Shown one piece after another: positions 38,022-46,561 of a DNA stretch of 48,315 nucleotides. The notes beneath the pieces were generated by a model, which did no database searches, was not told the origin of the DNA, and was given only the letters and a program-made list of their open reading frames with translations. Position numbers and translations under genes: made by a program. This DNA comes from Escherichia phage ES. Location of the stretch: sequence record OR466728.1, one strand, 5' to 3'. How positions within the stretch are numbered: the first letter of the stretch is position 1; each line of letters starts with the position of its first letter.

Positions 38022-38047
38022 GGGGGCCTTTTGGCTCCCTTTTTTTT
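38022..38047 (+). terminator. rho-independent terminator
   Basis: 7-bp stem GGGGGCC/GGCTCCC with one wobble, TTTT loop, 8 T. Confidence 0.55.
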
Positions 38048-38121
38048 GCTTATAATTTGCCACCGCCTAATGTATGATATTTGCACTATGTATTGACAAA
38101 TTAGGATTTAAAGGTGATCAC

Positions 38122-38337
38122 ATGAGGGAAGTAATTAACGCCGCCACGGCATCAACCGGCGGAGCCGCTGTAACTGGTGCCGCAACTGGTCAAATGACTA
38201 TAGCAATAATCAGCCTTGTGGCTCTTGTTGTTTTCGGGCTGTGGGGAGCATATTGGAAGTTTAAGGACAGTCAGGCAATCAGGAAGGCTCTAGAGTCGGG
38301 TGATTTAAAGACAGCTATCAATATTAGGAGTAAGTAA
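38122..38337 (+). CDS. holin (putative)
   Basis: 71 aa from ATG 38122 (RBS AGGTGA); one hydrophobic TMD IAIISLVALVVFGLWGAYW and charged C-terminus; directly upstream of endolysin. Confidence 0.55.
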   Translation: MREVINAATASTGGAAVTGAATGQMTIAIISLVALVVFGLWGAYWKFKDSQAIRKALESGDLKTAINIRSK

Positions 38338-38822
38338 TGAAGCAGAAGCTGGTAATTAGTGCAGCGACGGCTGTGGCAATATACATCGCAGCGCCGATTA
38401 TTGAGCTAGTAGAAGGTGTGGAATACAAGCCTTACATGGACATTGCAGGCATTCCTACGGTTTGTTCAGGTATCACTGGTCCTGATGTGGTGTGGGGTAA
38501 AAAGTACAGTGCAAGGGAGTGCAGGAACTTACTGGAGAAACACATCCAGATTCATGGAAAGTATGTGCAGGATGCAGTAACTTACCCAATCTCTCCACAG
38601 ACAAGGGCGGCGTTAATCAGCTTTAGCTACAACGTTGGTGGCGCTGCAATGAGGAAGTCAACGGCAGTAAGGCTGATTAATCAGGGCAAGATTGAAGAGG
38701 GTTGTAATGCTCTCGCCTCCTGGAATAAAGCTCGAGTAAATGGCAAGCTAAAAGTTGTTAAAGGCCTCGTTAACAGGCGCAACGAGGAGATTAAATTATG
38801 CTTAAGTGGGGTGGGTAAATGA
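38337..38822 (+). CDS. SAR endolysin (T4-lysozyme-like)
   Basis: N-terminal weakly hydrophobic signal-anchor-release segment, then E-x8-D-x5-T catalytic triad (ELVEGVEYKPYMDIAGIPT). Confidence 0.75.
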   Translation: MKQKLVISAATAVAIYIAAPIIELVEGVEYKPYMDIAGIPTVCSGITGPDVVWGKKYSARECRNLLEKHIQIHGKYVQDAVTYPISPQTRAALISFSYNVGGAAMRKSTAVRLINQGKIEEGCNALASWNKARVNGKLKVVKGLVNRRNEEIKLCLSGVGK

Positions 38823-39205
38823 AGGCTGCGTTAATTGCTGCGGTAATTATACTTTCTGGTTGCTCGGCAACATCTGCGCTGACCGGGTTGATTGGTAGTA
38901 AGCCAGAGATTAGCGCTCAAGCAGGTGCGGAGAATAACAAGGTTGGAGTAGGGCTAACTAATAAGGTTGATTCAAGTTCCAGCGCAAAGGCTGAAGTGAA
39001 GAACTCTAAGGTTGACACTCTTGATAGTTCAAGCGGTAAAAAGACTTCTGATAACTCAATCAAGGCATCAACAATCACGGCTGAGAAGATTGAAATCACC
39101 AACAATGACTCGTCTGCAATCCCGTGGATTGGGAGTGGAATCATGTTTTGCGTCATCATCATTCTGCTCTTAATGATATTCAGGAAAAACAAAAAAGCCC
39201 CGTAA
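38819..39205 (+). CDS. unimolecular spanin (T1 gp11-like)
   Basis: N-terminal lipoprotein signal with lipobox ILSGC and C-terminal TMD GIMFCVIIILLLMIF in one 128-aa protein. Confidence 0.65.
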   Translation: MKAALIAAVIILSGCSATSALTGLIGSKPEISAQAGAENNKVGVGLTNKVDSSSSAKAEVKNSKVDTLDSSSGKKTSDNSIKASTITAEKIEITNNDSSAIPWIGSGIMFCVIIILLLMIFRKNKKAP

Positions 39206-39218
39206 TGGGGCTATTTTT
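39196..39218. terminator. bidirectional terminator between lysis cassette and minus-strand block
   Basis: AGCCCC/GGGGCT stem, A-run upstream and T-run downstream. Confidence 0.55.
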
Positions 39219-39552
39219 ATGCAAACAATTCGTCATCACTCATGTTGGCTATGTTCATCATCTCACTGACGTAATCACTGGACCTACCTTCAAGGCTCAT
39301 GAATTCAAACTGAAATGGTCGCTTAATTGAACCCTTACACCAGTACACTCCATTAACTCCATCAAGATAACCAGCCGTAAGCATTCTCGCCATAAACTCC
39401 TTCGAGCAACTTGAGGCAAAATACCTTTCATCAACCCCGGCAGCCTTGGCCATCCTTGCGCAATCCTTGTGCTTATAGATGAATCTTGCCAGGTGCTGGC
39501 GGTTGAAGTTCTTGTATCCTTCGCAGAAATTATACAGGTCGAGCAGGTACAT
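39217..39552 (-). CDS. hypothetical protein
   Basis: 111-aa ORF, overlaps the upstream minus-strand gene. Confidence 0.45.
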   Translation of the reverse strand: MYLLDLYNFCEGYKNFNRQHLARFIYKHKDCARMAKAAGVDERYFASSCSKEFMARMLTAGYLDGVNGVYWCKGSIKRPFQFEFMSLEGRSSDYVSEMMNIANMSDDELFA

Positions 39553-39555
39553 AAA

Positions 39556-41139
39556 TTACCCCAGCAATCGTGGATTAATGTAAATTTTATCACCAATCAG
39601 GCATGTGTAGTTTTTCTCATCAAGCATAGGAATCAAGTGGTCCTTAATGCGAGTCATAATTCCAGCCTGAGCTTCAAAAGGTTTAACCTTGCGTGCAGCC
39701 TCATACAACGAGCGAACACCAACAACACCTTTACCATTCTTGCCCTGCTTAATCAGGATATCAACCAGCTTGTTCATCTCGGCATTGTCACCAGCATGAC
39801 CAGCAGCACTAGCTGATGACAAATACGTCTTGCTTAGCTCGTTGAAAATCATAACTGCCTCCTGCATTGTCTCCAGTTCAATCTCTCTGGACTTCTGCGG
39901 GCTAGAGCCAGTTTGTGAGGACCAGTTACGAATAACGTGAAGTACGGAAGCGATGCGGATTGCTTGCTTATCAAACTTACCAAGAGCACCGCGCAACATT
40001 GTGTGAGAATACTTGCCACCATCACCAAGATGAGGCTCCATCTCCTGACGTGCTCGGTTAAGGTAACGCATTGATGATGCGCTTACTGTTAGCTTAACCT
40101 CTACTTCATTCATAATCTCATGAACAAGACGGAAGTAGTCCGCTTTCAGGCCGCCATCAATAGCCTCGTATGTTGAATCACCATTAGCATCAACAAATAC
40201 GCGGTCGCCAAGGAATGACTTTTCGCGCACCAGAAGGAAACGCTCAGATACACCAATACCACGCGCACCAGCATTCATAATGGCATTGATTGTTTCATCC
40301 TGAGCAATTACGGAGATGCATCCCATAGCCACAAAGCTCATGTTATTTTCTGCGTTCGCACGGGCAATTGACACATTACCTGCATCCCATGCTTTCAGCA
40401 CGAGCTCGCTGTTCGTTTTCTTAGAGCCATCACCATATGTCATACCCAACAATGAGTTGACGCTAGTTGCCTCATCCGAGATTACCGAGAAGTTACCCTG
40501 GCGGTTGTTGATTCGCGCAAGGCCTTCTGGTGTAGTATCGGAGACAGGGAATACGATATCGCACAGCTTCTCAAGTTTTTCCTCCAGGTCTTCTTTATCT
40601 TCAAACAATGAAGCCATTTCAGAAGGTGATTTCTCCTGCTTCATCTCTTTAGCCAGGGCGGACAGTTTAGCCATAATCTTTTTTCGATCACGTTTACGTA
40701 CTTCATTCAACCGCTCAGTCTCAGCAATCATTGGCGCGATTGCCAGTGAGTTAATGGCTGACTTACCAGTTGAAGGAGGCTGGCTCGTCACGACATAAAG
40801 AGATGTCGGCTGCTGGGTTCCGTGATACTCAACAGTGAAGCGCCCAAGCATTGCAGCGGACACGCAGCCCAGAAAGTGCATATAAGCAGATGACTCAGGG
40901 AACTGAACTGAGCGAGCGATGTTGGCTGACAGCTTGCCAACAATATCAATGTCATTACCGAGTGAGATTACTGGATATTTGTAATTCCCAGCATCAATCT
41001 CGACAGGTGCTTTCCAGAATGATTGAGACTGGCGATAACCATTTGCATTAATTGCTACGCGAAGTGGTGGAAGGTTGTCTGTAGCTGCAATTGCCATAAC
41101 TTGTTCAACAGATAGTTTATCTTCGTTGAAATCAAACAT
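39556..41139 (-). CDS. P-loop ATPase, replication-associated (putative)
   Basis: 527 aa; Walker-A-like VTSQPPSTGKSA; own promoter box upstream. Confidence 0.35.
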   Translation of the reverse strand: MFDFNEDKLSVEQVMAIAATDNLPPLRVAINANGYRQSQSFWKAPVEIDAGNYKYPVISLGNDIDIVGKLSANIARSVQFPESSAYMHFLGCVSAAMLGRFTVEYHGTQQPTSLYVVTSQPPSTGKSAINSLAIAPMIAETERLNEVRKRDRKKIMAKLSALAKEMKQEKSPSEMASLFEDKEDLEEKLEKLCDIVFPVSDTTPEGLARINNRQGNFSVISDEATSVNSLLGMTYGDGSKKTNSELVLKAWDAGNVSIARANAENNMSFVAMGCISVIAQDETINAIMNAGARGIGVSERFLLVREKSFLGDRVFVDANGDSTYEAIDGGLKADYFRLVHEIMNEVEVKLTVSASSMRYLNRARQEMEPHLGDGGKYSHTMLRGALGKFDKQAIRIASVLHVIRNWSSQTGSSPQKSREIELETMQEAVMIFNELSKTYLSSASAAGHAGDNAEMNKLVDILIKQGKNGKGVVGVRSLYEAARKVKPFEAQAGIMTRIKDHLIPMLDEKNYTCLIGDKIYINPRLLG

Positions 41140-41194
41140 TACTTCTCTCCGTATTGTTTCTGAGCGGATATTATATCAACAGCCGCTTATAATA

Positions 41195-41212
41195 CATTAT
41201 CAATTTGTGCTA
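41195..41212 (-). promoter_or_regulatory. dyad box copy 12 (minus strand TAGCACAAATTGATAATG)
   Basis: TAG is the stop of HNH gene 41210-41707; perfect TATAAT 22 nt downstream on minus strand; 56 nt upstream of ATG 41139. Confidence 0.5.
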
Positions 41213-41707
41213 TTTGCCATGATTTGGGTGATAACCCAGCCTCACCTCTGCAACAATTCTTGCCTCACATGCAGAGATAAAGTCATCAAAAAAACCAAGG
41301 TGAACAGTCTTTCCACCACTCTGTATTGAGGCCCTCCACTTACCTGTTCTTTTGTATATGGCGACTCCAGTTACACCACTTTTATTATCAAACCTTAATG
41401 ATGAGTTCATTGAATTCACTTTTTGGGTAACAAGCCTTAGATTTTCAATCCTATTGTCACGCCTATTTCCATTTATGTGGTCTATGAATAGACAATCAGG
41501 TATGTCTCCATTAGTCATCTCCCATATAATTCTGTGAGCCATTGTGTAGCCGATTCCCTTATTGCTAACCCTAACGTACCCGCTTGTTGTAACCTCCGTG
41601 TTAACTGGCTTATTTGCATATTTTGTATTCCAAGATTGAGTTCTATCTGACCTCTCCTTTCTGTACAAAACTGAATCTTTTATATAAAAAATTTCATTCC
41701 AGTTCAT
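41210..41707 (-). CDS. HNH homing endonuclease
   Basis: AHRIIWEMTNGDIPDCLFIDHINGNRRDNRIENLRLVTQKVN; ATG 41707 overlaps upstream stop (ATGA). Confidence 0.7.
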   Translation of the reverse strand: MNWNEIFYIKDSVLYRKERSDRTQSWNTKYANKPVNTEVTTSGYVRVSNKGIGYTMAHRIIWEMTNGDIPDCLFIDHINGNRRDNRIENLRLVTQKVNSMNSSLRFDNKSGVTGVAIYKRTGKWRASIQSGGKTVHLGFFDDFISACEARIVAEVRLGYHPNHGK

Positions 41708-42090
41708 GAGTATTTTGCTTCCATTTTGTATGTGCCACACAATGTTTTAAAGCCAACGTCATCCCTGTACAGCTGCCATGCAAAGCCACCCTCATCATAG
41801 ATGTACCCCGCTTGCTGGCCCAGTCCAGAGTGAAGGTTTACGATATATCTCTTGCCTTCTTTGAAGTCTTTCTTAACTCCTGACTTATGGTTAACATTAG
41901 TGCAGTAAAGCGTCTTCGTCTTAATGTATTTCCCACGCTCTTCAAGATTAATCCACTTGCCATTTTTCTTGATTTGCTCAAATTCAACTTCCTCAGCGAC
42001 ACCGTTAACCCACTGGTGAATCTTTTTAACGCGAGCTTTAAACAGTTTGTTATCGTTGCTAATCCAATTTTTGGTTATCGTAGTAGTCAT
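41704..42090 (-). CDS. hypothetical protein
   Basis: 128-aa ORF, RBS AGAGAG upstream of ATG 42090. Confidence 0.45.
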   Translation of the reverse strand: MTTTITKNWISNDNKLFKARVKKIHQWVNGVAEEVEFEQIKKNGKWINLEERGKYIKTKTLYCTNVNHKSGVKKDFKEGKRYIVNLHSGLGQQAGYIYDEGGFAWQLYRDDVGFKTLCGTYKMEAKYS

Positions 42091-42127
42091 TATTTTACTC
42101 TCTTCGTTGTTTCATTTCGATGAAATA

Positions 42128-42154
42128 ACTATACAGGAAAAGCCCCGAAGGGCT
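42128..42154 (-). terminator. minus-strand terminator hairpin embedded in a promoter spacer
   Basis: on minus strand AGCCC/GGGCT stem then TTTTCC, immediately followed by TATAGT. Confidence 0.45.
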
Positions 42155-42170
42155 TTAGCAATTCGTGCTA
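42153..42170 (-). promoter_or_regulatory. dyad box copy 13 (minus strand TAGCACGAATTGCTAAAG)
   Basis: overlaps the NSTNC C-terminus of the 53-aa minus ORF; TATAGT 22 nt downstream; ATG 42090 about 63 nt downstream. Confidence 0.5.
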
Positions 42171-42316
42171 TTTCGTGCCTTCTCAATCGCCTTCAGCATA
42201 ATCTCGTGAGACTCAAGCAAGTCCTCGTTGAACCAGTCTCCGCAAGGCCACCCCTTCCCACTGTAAGCGGCAACAACGCTCAAGTCGTAATAGTTAATGT
42301 CAGATGGTAGAAGCAT
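42155..42316 (-). CDS. hypothetical small protein (C-terminus NSTNC)
   Basis: 53-aa ORF, TAATG coupling with the upstream gene. Confidence 0.35.
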   Translation of the reverse strand: MLLPSDINYYDLSVVAAYSGKGWPCGDWFNEDLLESHEIMLKAIEKARNSTNC

Positions 42317-42519
42317 TATTCAGTCACCTTAAAAGTTGCAATTCCTGGGATGACTACGTAATCAAGGCATTTAAGCGCCTGGAACGTATCGTGGTTCTTG
42401 TGCGGACGATCTCCGGTAATAAGGCACATGTCATTTTTAAACTCAGTAGCGTTGTATTCAGAACCCTTATTGAAGGCATCGTTAAAGTCTTTAATTACGT
42501 TCGTGCAAATTAGCTTCAT
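42316..42519 (-). CDS. hypothetical protein
   Basis: 67 aa from ATG 42519 (RBS AAGGAA). Confidence 0.4.
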   Translation of the reverse strand: MKLICTNVIKDFNDAFNKGSEYNATEFKNDMCLITGDRPHKNHDTFQALKCLDYVVIPGIATFKVTE

Positions 42520-42530
42520 TATCTCATTCC

Positions 42531-42716
42531 TTACCAGGGTAAACATTCGTCGCAGCCGAGGCCATCGCAGCACAGATAATAATCTTCTGACTGGAATTGC
42601 TTAGCCAGGTCGATATCGATGCGTCCGCGTAAAACCATATCAGTATAGTCACTGTTCAATCCAATCAGCGCACATTCCTGCTTTAATTGCTCAAATGCTT
42701 CGTCTTTAAGTTTCAT
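42531..42716 (-). CDS. hypothetical Cys-rich small protein
   Basis: 61 aa with CCDGLGCDEC near C-terminus; RBS GAGGAGAGGG. Confidence 0.45.
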   Translation of the reverse strand: MKLKDEAFEQLKQECALIGLNSDYTDMVLRGRIDIDLAKQFQSEDYYLCCDGLGCDECLPW

Positions 42717-42769
42717 ATCCCTCTCCTCGTTGTTGATGGATTCATTATGGCCTCGTCGCCAGTTTTTGT

Positions 42770-42787
42770 CATTAGCAAAAAGTGCTA
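42770..42787 (-). promoter_or_regulatory. dyad box copy 14 (minus strand TAGCACTTTTTGCTAATG)
   Basis: perfect TAGCA-N5-TGCTA dyad; CATAAT about 22-23 nt downstream on minus; 54 nt upstream of ATG 42716. Confidence 0.5.
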
Positions 42788-42807
42788 TTCGTTGGATTTA
42801 TCTATTG

Positions 42808-42899
42808 TTGCAGCTATTGCAATGATTATCATGATTATTGCACATATAGCAATATTGCATGGAATGCAATGATGTTTTTGATTGTTGCAGAATTTGCAA
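42808..42899. promoter_or_regulatory. array of four TTGCA-N5-TGCAA palindromic sites (operator- or iteron-like)
   Basis: sites at 42808-42822, 42838-42852 (imperfect), 42855-42869, 42885-42899; spacings 30/17/30 nt. Confidence 0.55.
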
Positions 42900-43028
42900 T
42901 GATTGATGTGGGGTGAATGAATAGTGGATGAACTACCATACAAGTTGATTTTGATTCTTGCTGAGCCAATTTGGATATACACGTTATCGAAGTTATGGTG
43001 TGTATATGAGGTGCGCTTCCGAAGAATC

Positions 43029-43121
43029 ATACACGCCTACCACGCGAGATTACGCAATGGTTACATAATAATATCTATATATATCAACCTTTTACTATAT
43101 TATTATTATTATTATATATAT
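43029..43121. repeat. control-region repeat block 1 (copy B) with (TAT)n microsatellite
   Basis: matches 22911-23000. Confidence 0.6.
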
Positions 43122-43255
43122 GTATGTATATGGTGTAGATTGGTCGTATGGATGGGTCGATAGTTTTTCTATGAAAACTACTAATTTTATCTATATAGAT
43201 ACATATGCATACCCCCGGCGAATCCGCGTAAAATCTTACACAGGGTAATTACACC

Positions 43256-43308
43256 AGCTATAGCTGGGCTGAGAGGTCAAAAAGCGTAACCAATGCAGAT
43301 ATAAACAC
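43256..43308. repeat. control-region repeat block 2 (copy B)
   Basis: matches 23144-23197 (AGCTATAGCTGGGCT...GCGTAACCAAT). Confidence 0.6.
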
Positions 43309-43388
43309 AACATAACACTTGATAACGCGTATATTCATGATACCATGGTTTCATCTTAACGAAGAGCAACCAATCAGGAGTAACGAAT

Positions 43389-43910
43389 ATGTCAGAACAT
43401 AAAGAAGCAGTAAGTTTGGGTGAAATCATTCGATACATGGCGAGTCAGGCGCTCAAGTCAGAAGACAAAGTGTGCACAGTCCCTGTGACCATGATTGCTC
43501 GTCAATACTTCGGCATGAGTCGTGAGACGTTCGTATCGCTAAGTGGTGAGGAGGTTCTACCTGGTGGTGAATACCACATGCCAAAACTAAAAGCGTCATA
43601 CGTTTCAAACACCGTAAGCCGAATGCCTGAGATTAAGGCGGCTGACGTGCGCTCAAGGTTCTCACTTAGTTTTACCGACTTTGAGGGCGAGAGTGAGACA
43701 TACTGCGCATCACTTAGCCTGGTTCCTGGCGCTGTAAAATCCGGCTCAAGAAGCAAAGCAGAGCAAGAGAAGGAGGCGGCTACCATTGAAAGGTTCAAGG
43801 CTCGATTGTTGAAACTATCACCAAGCGTCGCTGGTCTTGAAGGTGATGAACTTAAGGGTGCAGTATCAATGATTAACGCATACCAGGAAATGATTAAGGA
43901 GACTAAATAG
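43389..43910 (+). CDS. hypothetical protein (first gene of early region)
   Basis: 173-aa ORF, RBS CAGGAG. Confidence 0.5.
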   Translation: MSEHKEAVSLGEIIRYMASQALKSEDKVCTVPVTMIARQYFGMSRETFVSLSGEEVLPGGEYHMPKLKASYVSNTVSRMPEIKAADVRSRFSLSFTDFEGESETYCASLSLVPGAVKSGSRSKAEQEKEAATIERFKARLLKLSPSVAGLEGDELKGAVSMINAYQEMIKETK

Positions 43911-44011
43911 TAGGTATCCTAGTAGACTACCATACCACTTTCGGTACGGTGAGGAGGAGGTTGAGGCGGCTATGGAGTTTTATCGGAAAGCTAAGTCACT
44001 CCTGAATGGAA

Positions 44012-44029
44012 ATAGCACTTTTTGCCTAA
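44012..44029 (+). promoter_or_regulatory. dyad box copy 15 (TAGCACTTTTTGCCTAAC)
   Basis: CATAAT 22 nt downstream, CATCGAAAC; ATG of 44093 is 81 nt downstream; spacer contains ATGCCA/TGGCAT hairpin. Confidence 0.5.
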
Positions 44030-44092
44030 CGCAATAATGCCATGGATGGCATAATTATCTCATCGAAACGAGAGGCACAAAGGAAAACGAAA

Positions 44093-44281
44093 ATGGCTAA
44101 GCGCATCACTAAAGAACTTAAAGTCCTGAATAAAGAAAACGTAATCACCATCCTGACAATGTTCGGATACAACGAAGAGTCAGCGATTGCAAAGGTTGAG
44201 GCTGGTTACGATGTTGCAGTACGTAGTATGCCGGAAGCAACCTCAAAAGGTATCGCCGACTTCCTGGCTACCTGCTACTGA
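44093..44281 (+). CDS. hypothetical protein
   Basis: 62 aa from ATG 44093, RBS AAAGGAAAA. Confidence 0.45.
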   Translation: MAKRITKELKVLNKENVITILTMFGYNEESAIAKVEAGYDVAVRSMPEATSKGIADFLATCY

Positions 44282-44336
44282 GTTATCTTACAAGGCATCT
44301 CGCGGGGTGCCTCAATAAGACAACTGGAGAAACAGC

Positions 44337-44522
44337 ATGAAAACTAAAATGGTACATAAGAGCGAAGTTAAGATTGGCGATACTGTTATCCATCGTGGCT
44401 ATCTTAGAACTGTAAATGCCAACACTTTTAGTAAGGATGAGTTTATGGGACTACTTCTTTGGGGCGACTCCTACCGGCTTGGGCAGGAGATGGTTGAAGT
44501 TATAATTGATGTTAAGTTTTGA
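44337..44522 (+). CDS. hypothetical protein
   Basis: 61-aa ORF, RBS GGAGA. Confidence 0.45.
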   Translation: MKTKMVHKSEVKIGDTVIHRGYLRTVNANTFSKDEFMGLLLWGDSYRLGQEMVEVIIDVKF

Positions 44523-44523
44523 A

Positions 44524-44541
44524 TAGCACAAATTGTTAAAC
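44524..44541 (+). promoter_or_regulatory. dyad box copy 16 (TAGCACAAATTGTTAAAC)
   Basis: starts 2 nt after the TGA of 44337-44522; TATAGT 22 nt downstream; ATG of 44599 is 75 nt downstream. Confidence 0.5.
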
Positions 44542-44598
44542 CTTCCGCAAGGCCATTTGATATAGTGGCCTTATTAAAGCAAAGCAAGAGAGGGTGGG

Positions 44599-44829
44599 AT
44601 GGATAGGAACAAATATGAAAGAGAGATTACTGGGCTTAATGGCGAGCGGGCTGTTGTTGATGTGTATCGCACGCTATCAGCGTTCAACGTTACAGACCCA
44701 GCATGTCAGCATGCAATCAAAAAGCTGCTCTGCATGGGTTTACGAGGTCACAAGGATGTTATCACAGACCTTGATGACGCAATAGACTCACTGAACAAGA
44801 TGAAAACTTACCTGGAACAAACGAAATGA
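44599..44829 (+). CDS. hypothetical protein
   Basis: 76-aa ORF, RBS AGAGAGGG. Confidence 0.45.
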   Translation: MDRNKYEREITGLNGERAVVDVYRTLSAFNVTDPACQHAIKKLLCMGLRGHKDVITDLDDAIDSLNKMKTYLEQTK

Positions 44830-45059
44830 TTACAATTAACCTGTCAGAGAAAGATGCAGCAATCCTTAAATCGATCATAATGAAGCCGATGTACTCTACG
44901 CTCACCTTTGAGCAGATGCGTGTCGTAAAAGAGACTAGCGCGCAAATCAACAATCAGCAGTTCGACGTATCAGACTTCGAGTCATCTCGCCAGTACGAGC
45001 AGCTAAGCGTGCAGAATGCTGGCTACCTCACTAACTGGGATAAGGCGACAAAGAGATGA
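44826..45059 (+). CDS. hypothetical protein
   Basis: 77-aa ORF, ATGA overlap with upstream stop. Confidence 0.45.
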   Translation: MITINLSEKDAAILKSIIMKPMYSTLTFEQMRVVKETSAQINNQQFDVSDFESSRQYEQLSVQNAGYLTNWDKATKR

Positions 45060-45202
45060 TTTACATTCACACTTACTATACAGGAAAGTTTAACAGCGTT
45101 AAGCACGTGCGTGTGCATGAAACATACGAATCGGCACATAGTCAGCTTAGAGTTCTTGGTGGAACAATTACAATGTGTGAAATTGTTGAAGAATACAGAT
45201 AG
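45056..45202 (+). CDS. hypothetical small protein
   Basis: 48-aa ORF, ATGA overlap; its TAG stop is the first triplet of a dyad box. Confidence 0.35.
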   Translation: MIYIHTYYTGKFNSVKHVRVHETYESAHSQLRVLGGTITMCEIVEEYR

Positions 45203-45217
45203 CACGAATTGCTAAAC
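45200..45217 (+). promoter_or_regulatory. dyad box copy 17 (TAGCACGAATTGCTAAAC)
   Basis: CATAAT 22 nt downstream, CATCGACAAC; spacer hairpin GCCGGAGTAATCCGGC; ATG of 45275 is 75 nt downstream. Confidence 0.55.
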
Positions 45218-45274
45218 AATCGCCGGAGTAATCCGGCATAATTACTACATCGACAACGAACGAGTAAATGAAGA

Positions 45275-45487
45275 ATGAAAATTAAAATTATCGACGTGAA
45301 CCACATACCAGAAGAAGGCGTTCTGACACTTGAAGAATGCGGGTTTAAGGTTGGTGACGTATTAGAAGTAACCGGTCGGTTCGGGTGTGGTAGCTTATCA
45401 GCTCGAGAGATTCGTGATACTGAGTTAGTATCAATAGGACAGATGGTTAGTTTTGAAGAAGGCGAGTACAAGGTGGTCGAAGAATGA
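45275..45487 (+). CDS. hypothetical protein
   Basis: 70-aa ORF. Confidence 0.45.
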   Translation: MKIKIIDVNHIPEEGVLTLEECGFKVGDVLEVTGRFGCGSLSAREIRDTELVSIGQMVSFEEGEYKVVEE

Positions 45488-45663
45488 AATTCCAGAAAAG
45501 TAACCCTAAGCTCCAGGCTAACAACTTCGATGGTTACACAACATTTATCATCGCCCAGGCTTTCGGTTTGCATGATGAACCTAAGGTTCATACTATCCAC
45601 TTAAATGAAGAGCAAGCTCGAGAACTGGCTTTCGAGATTCTTGATCAATTGAATAAAATTTAA
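45484..45663 (+). CDS. hypothetical small protein
   Basis: 59-aa ORF, ATGA overlap with upstream stop. Confidence 0.35.
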   Translation: MKFQKSNPKLQANNFDGYTTFIIAQAFGLHDEPKVHTIHLNEEQARELAFEILDQLNKI

Positions 45664-45673
45664 GGTTTATAAA

Positions 45674-46096
45674 ATGAAATTAAGCAAATCTCAAAGGGAA
45701 GAGTTGAAGGGCAAGTTCGGTGGTCGCTGCGCTTATTGTGGGTGTGAACTACCTGAGAAAGGCTGGCATGCTGACCATGTTGAACCGGTGCTACGTAAAT
45801 CTGAGGTATGCATGAAGGCAGCGGAGAAAGGAACTTTCAAGCTGAAGGCGACAGGTGAGTTTAATCGACCACAAGCTGATCGAATGGAAAACCTTTACCC
45901 TGCATGTGCTCCATGCAACCTCATGAAAACTTGCTATTCCCTTGAAATGTTCAGGGAACAGGTGTCTCTTCAAGTCGCTCGCGGGCGTAAGAGCAGCATG
46001 AATTTTCGCACGGCAGAGCGGTTCGGCCTCATCTCCATAGTGGAGGATCCAGTTGTTTTCTGGTTTGAGAAGTTTGAGCAAATTAACAAAATCTGA
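45674..46096 (+). CDS. HNH endonuclease (zinc-finger HNH type)
   Basis: CAYCGC...WHADHVEPV...NLYPACAPCN motif arrangement. Confidence 0.65.
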   Translation: MKLSKSQREELKGKFGGRCAYCGCELPEKGWHADHVEPVLRKSEVCMKAAEKGTFKLKATGEFNRPQADRMENLYPACAPCNLMKTCYSLEMFREQVSLQVARGRKSSMNFRTAERFGLISIVEDPVVFWFEKFEQINKI

Positions 46097-46106
46097 GGAT
46101 AGAGAA

Positions 46107-46241
46107 ATGCATACTGGGTTAATGATGGATGAAGTTCTGGTTGAAGCATTGCCATGGTTACTCTGGTCATTGGGCTTCATGATTATTTACATGATTTCAG
46201 CAGCCGTAGATGACGCTAAAAGCGATTCTAACGAACTATAA
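46107..46241 (+). CDS. small membrane protein (putative)
   Basis: 44 aa from ATG 46107 (RBS GAGGA), hydrophobic helix ALPWLLWSLGFMIIYMISAAV. Confidence 0.35.
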   Translation: MHTGLMMDEVLVEALPWLLWSLGFMIIYMISAAVDDAKSDSNEL

Positions 46242-46259
46242 TTTAAGTGAGGTGATTGC

Positions 46260-46420
46260 ATGATTAAGATCGTATACATTGGTCAGGATGATTATATGGC
46301 GCGCTTAAAGCATGGCGACGTATTCTATGCAGAGCCTAGCGAAGATGGCAATGGGTACTTCATTAAAAACAAGCACGATGAGGAGCTTTACATAGCAAAC
46401 CACGAGGCTCTTGTTTACTA
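46260..46420 (+). CDS. hypothetical small protein
   Basis: 53-aa ORF, RBS GTGAGGTG. Confidence 0.35.
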
Positions 46421-46561
46421 ATGGATAACTACGAAACACCAAGCCAGTGGGCTAAACGGATGATGGATGAGGCTAAGACTGGCGAGGTTGCCATGATGTA
46501 CTTCGAGCTGATGAATCTATGGAAGGAGCGTGAAGATAAAATAAACAGCACGAATAGCTAA
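46421..46561 (+). CDS. hypothetical small protein (C-terminus NSTNS)
   Basis: 46-aa ORF overlapping upstream stop; its 3' end is encoded by a dyad box. Confidence 0.35.
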   Translation: MDNYETPSQWAKRMMDEAKTGEVAMMYFELMNLWKEREDKINSTNS

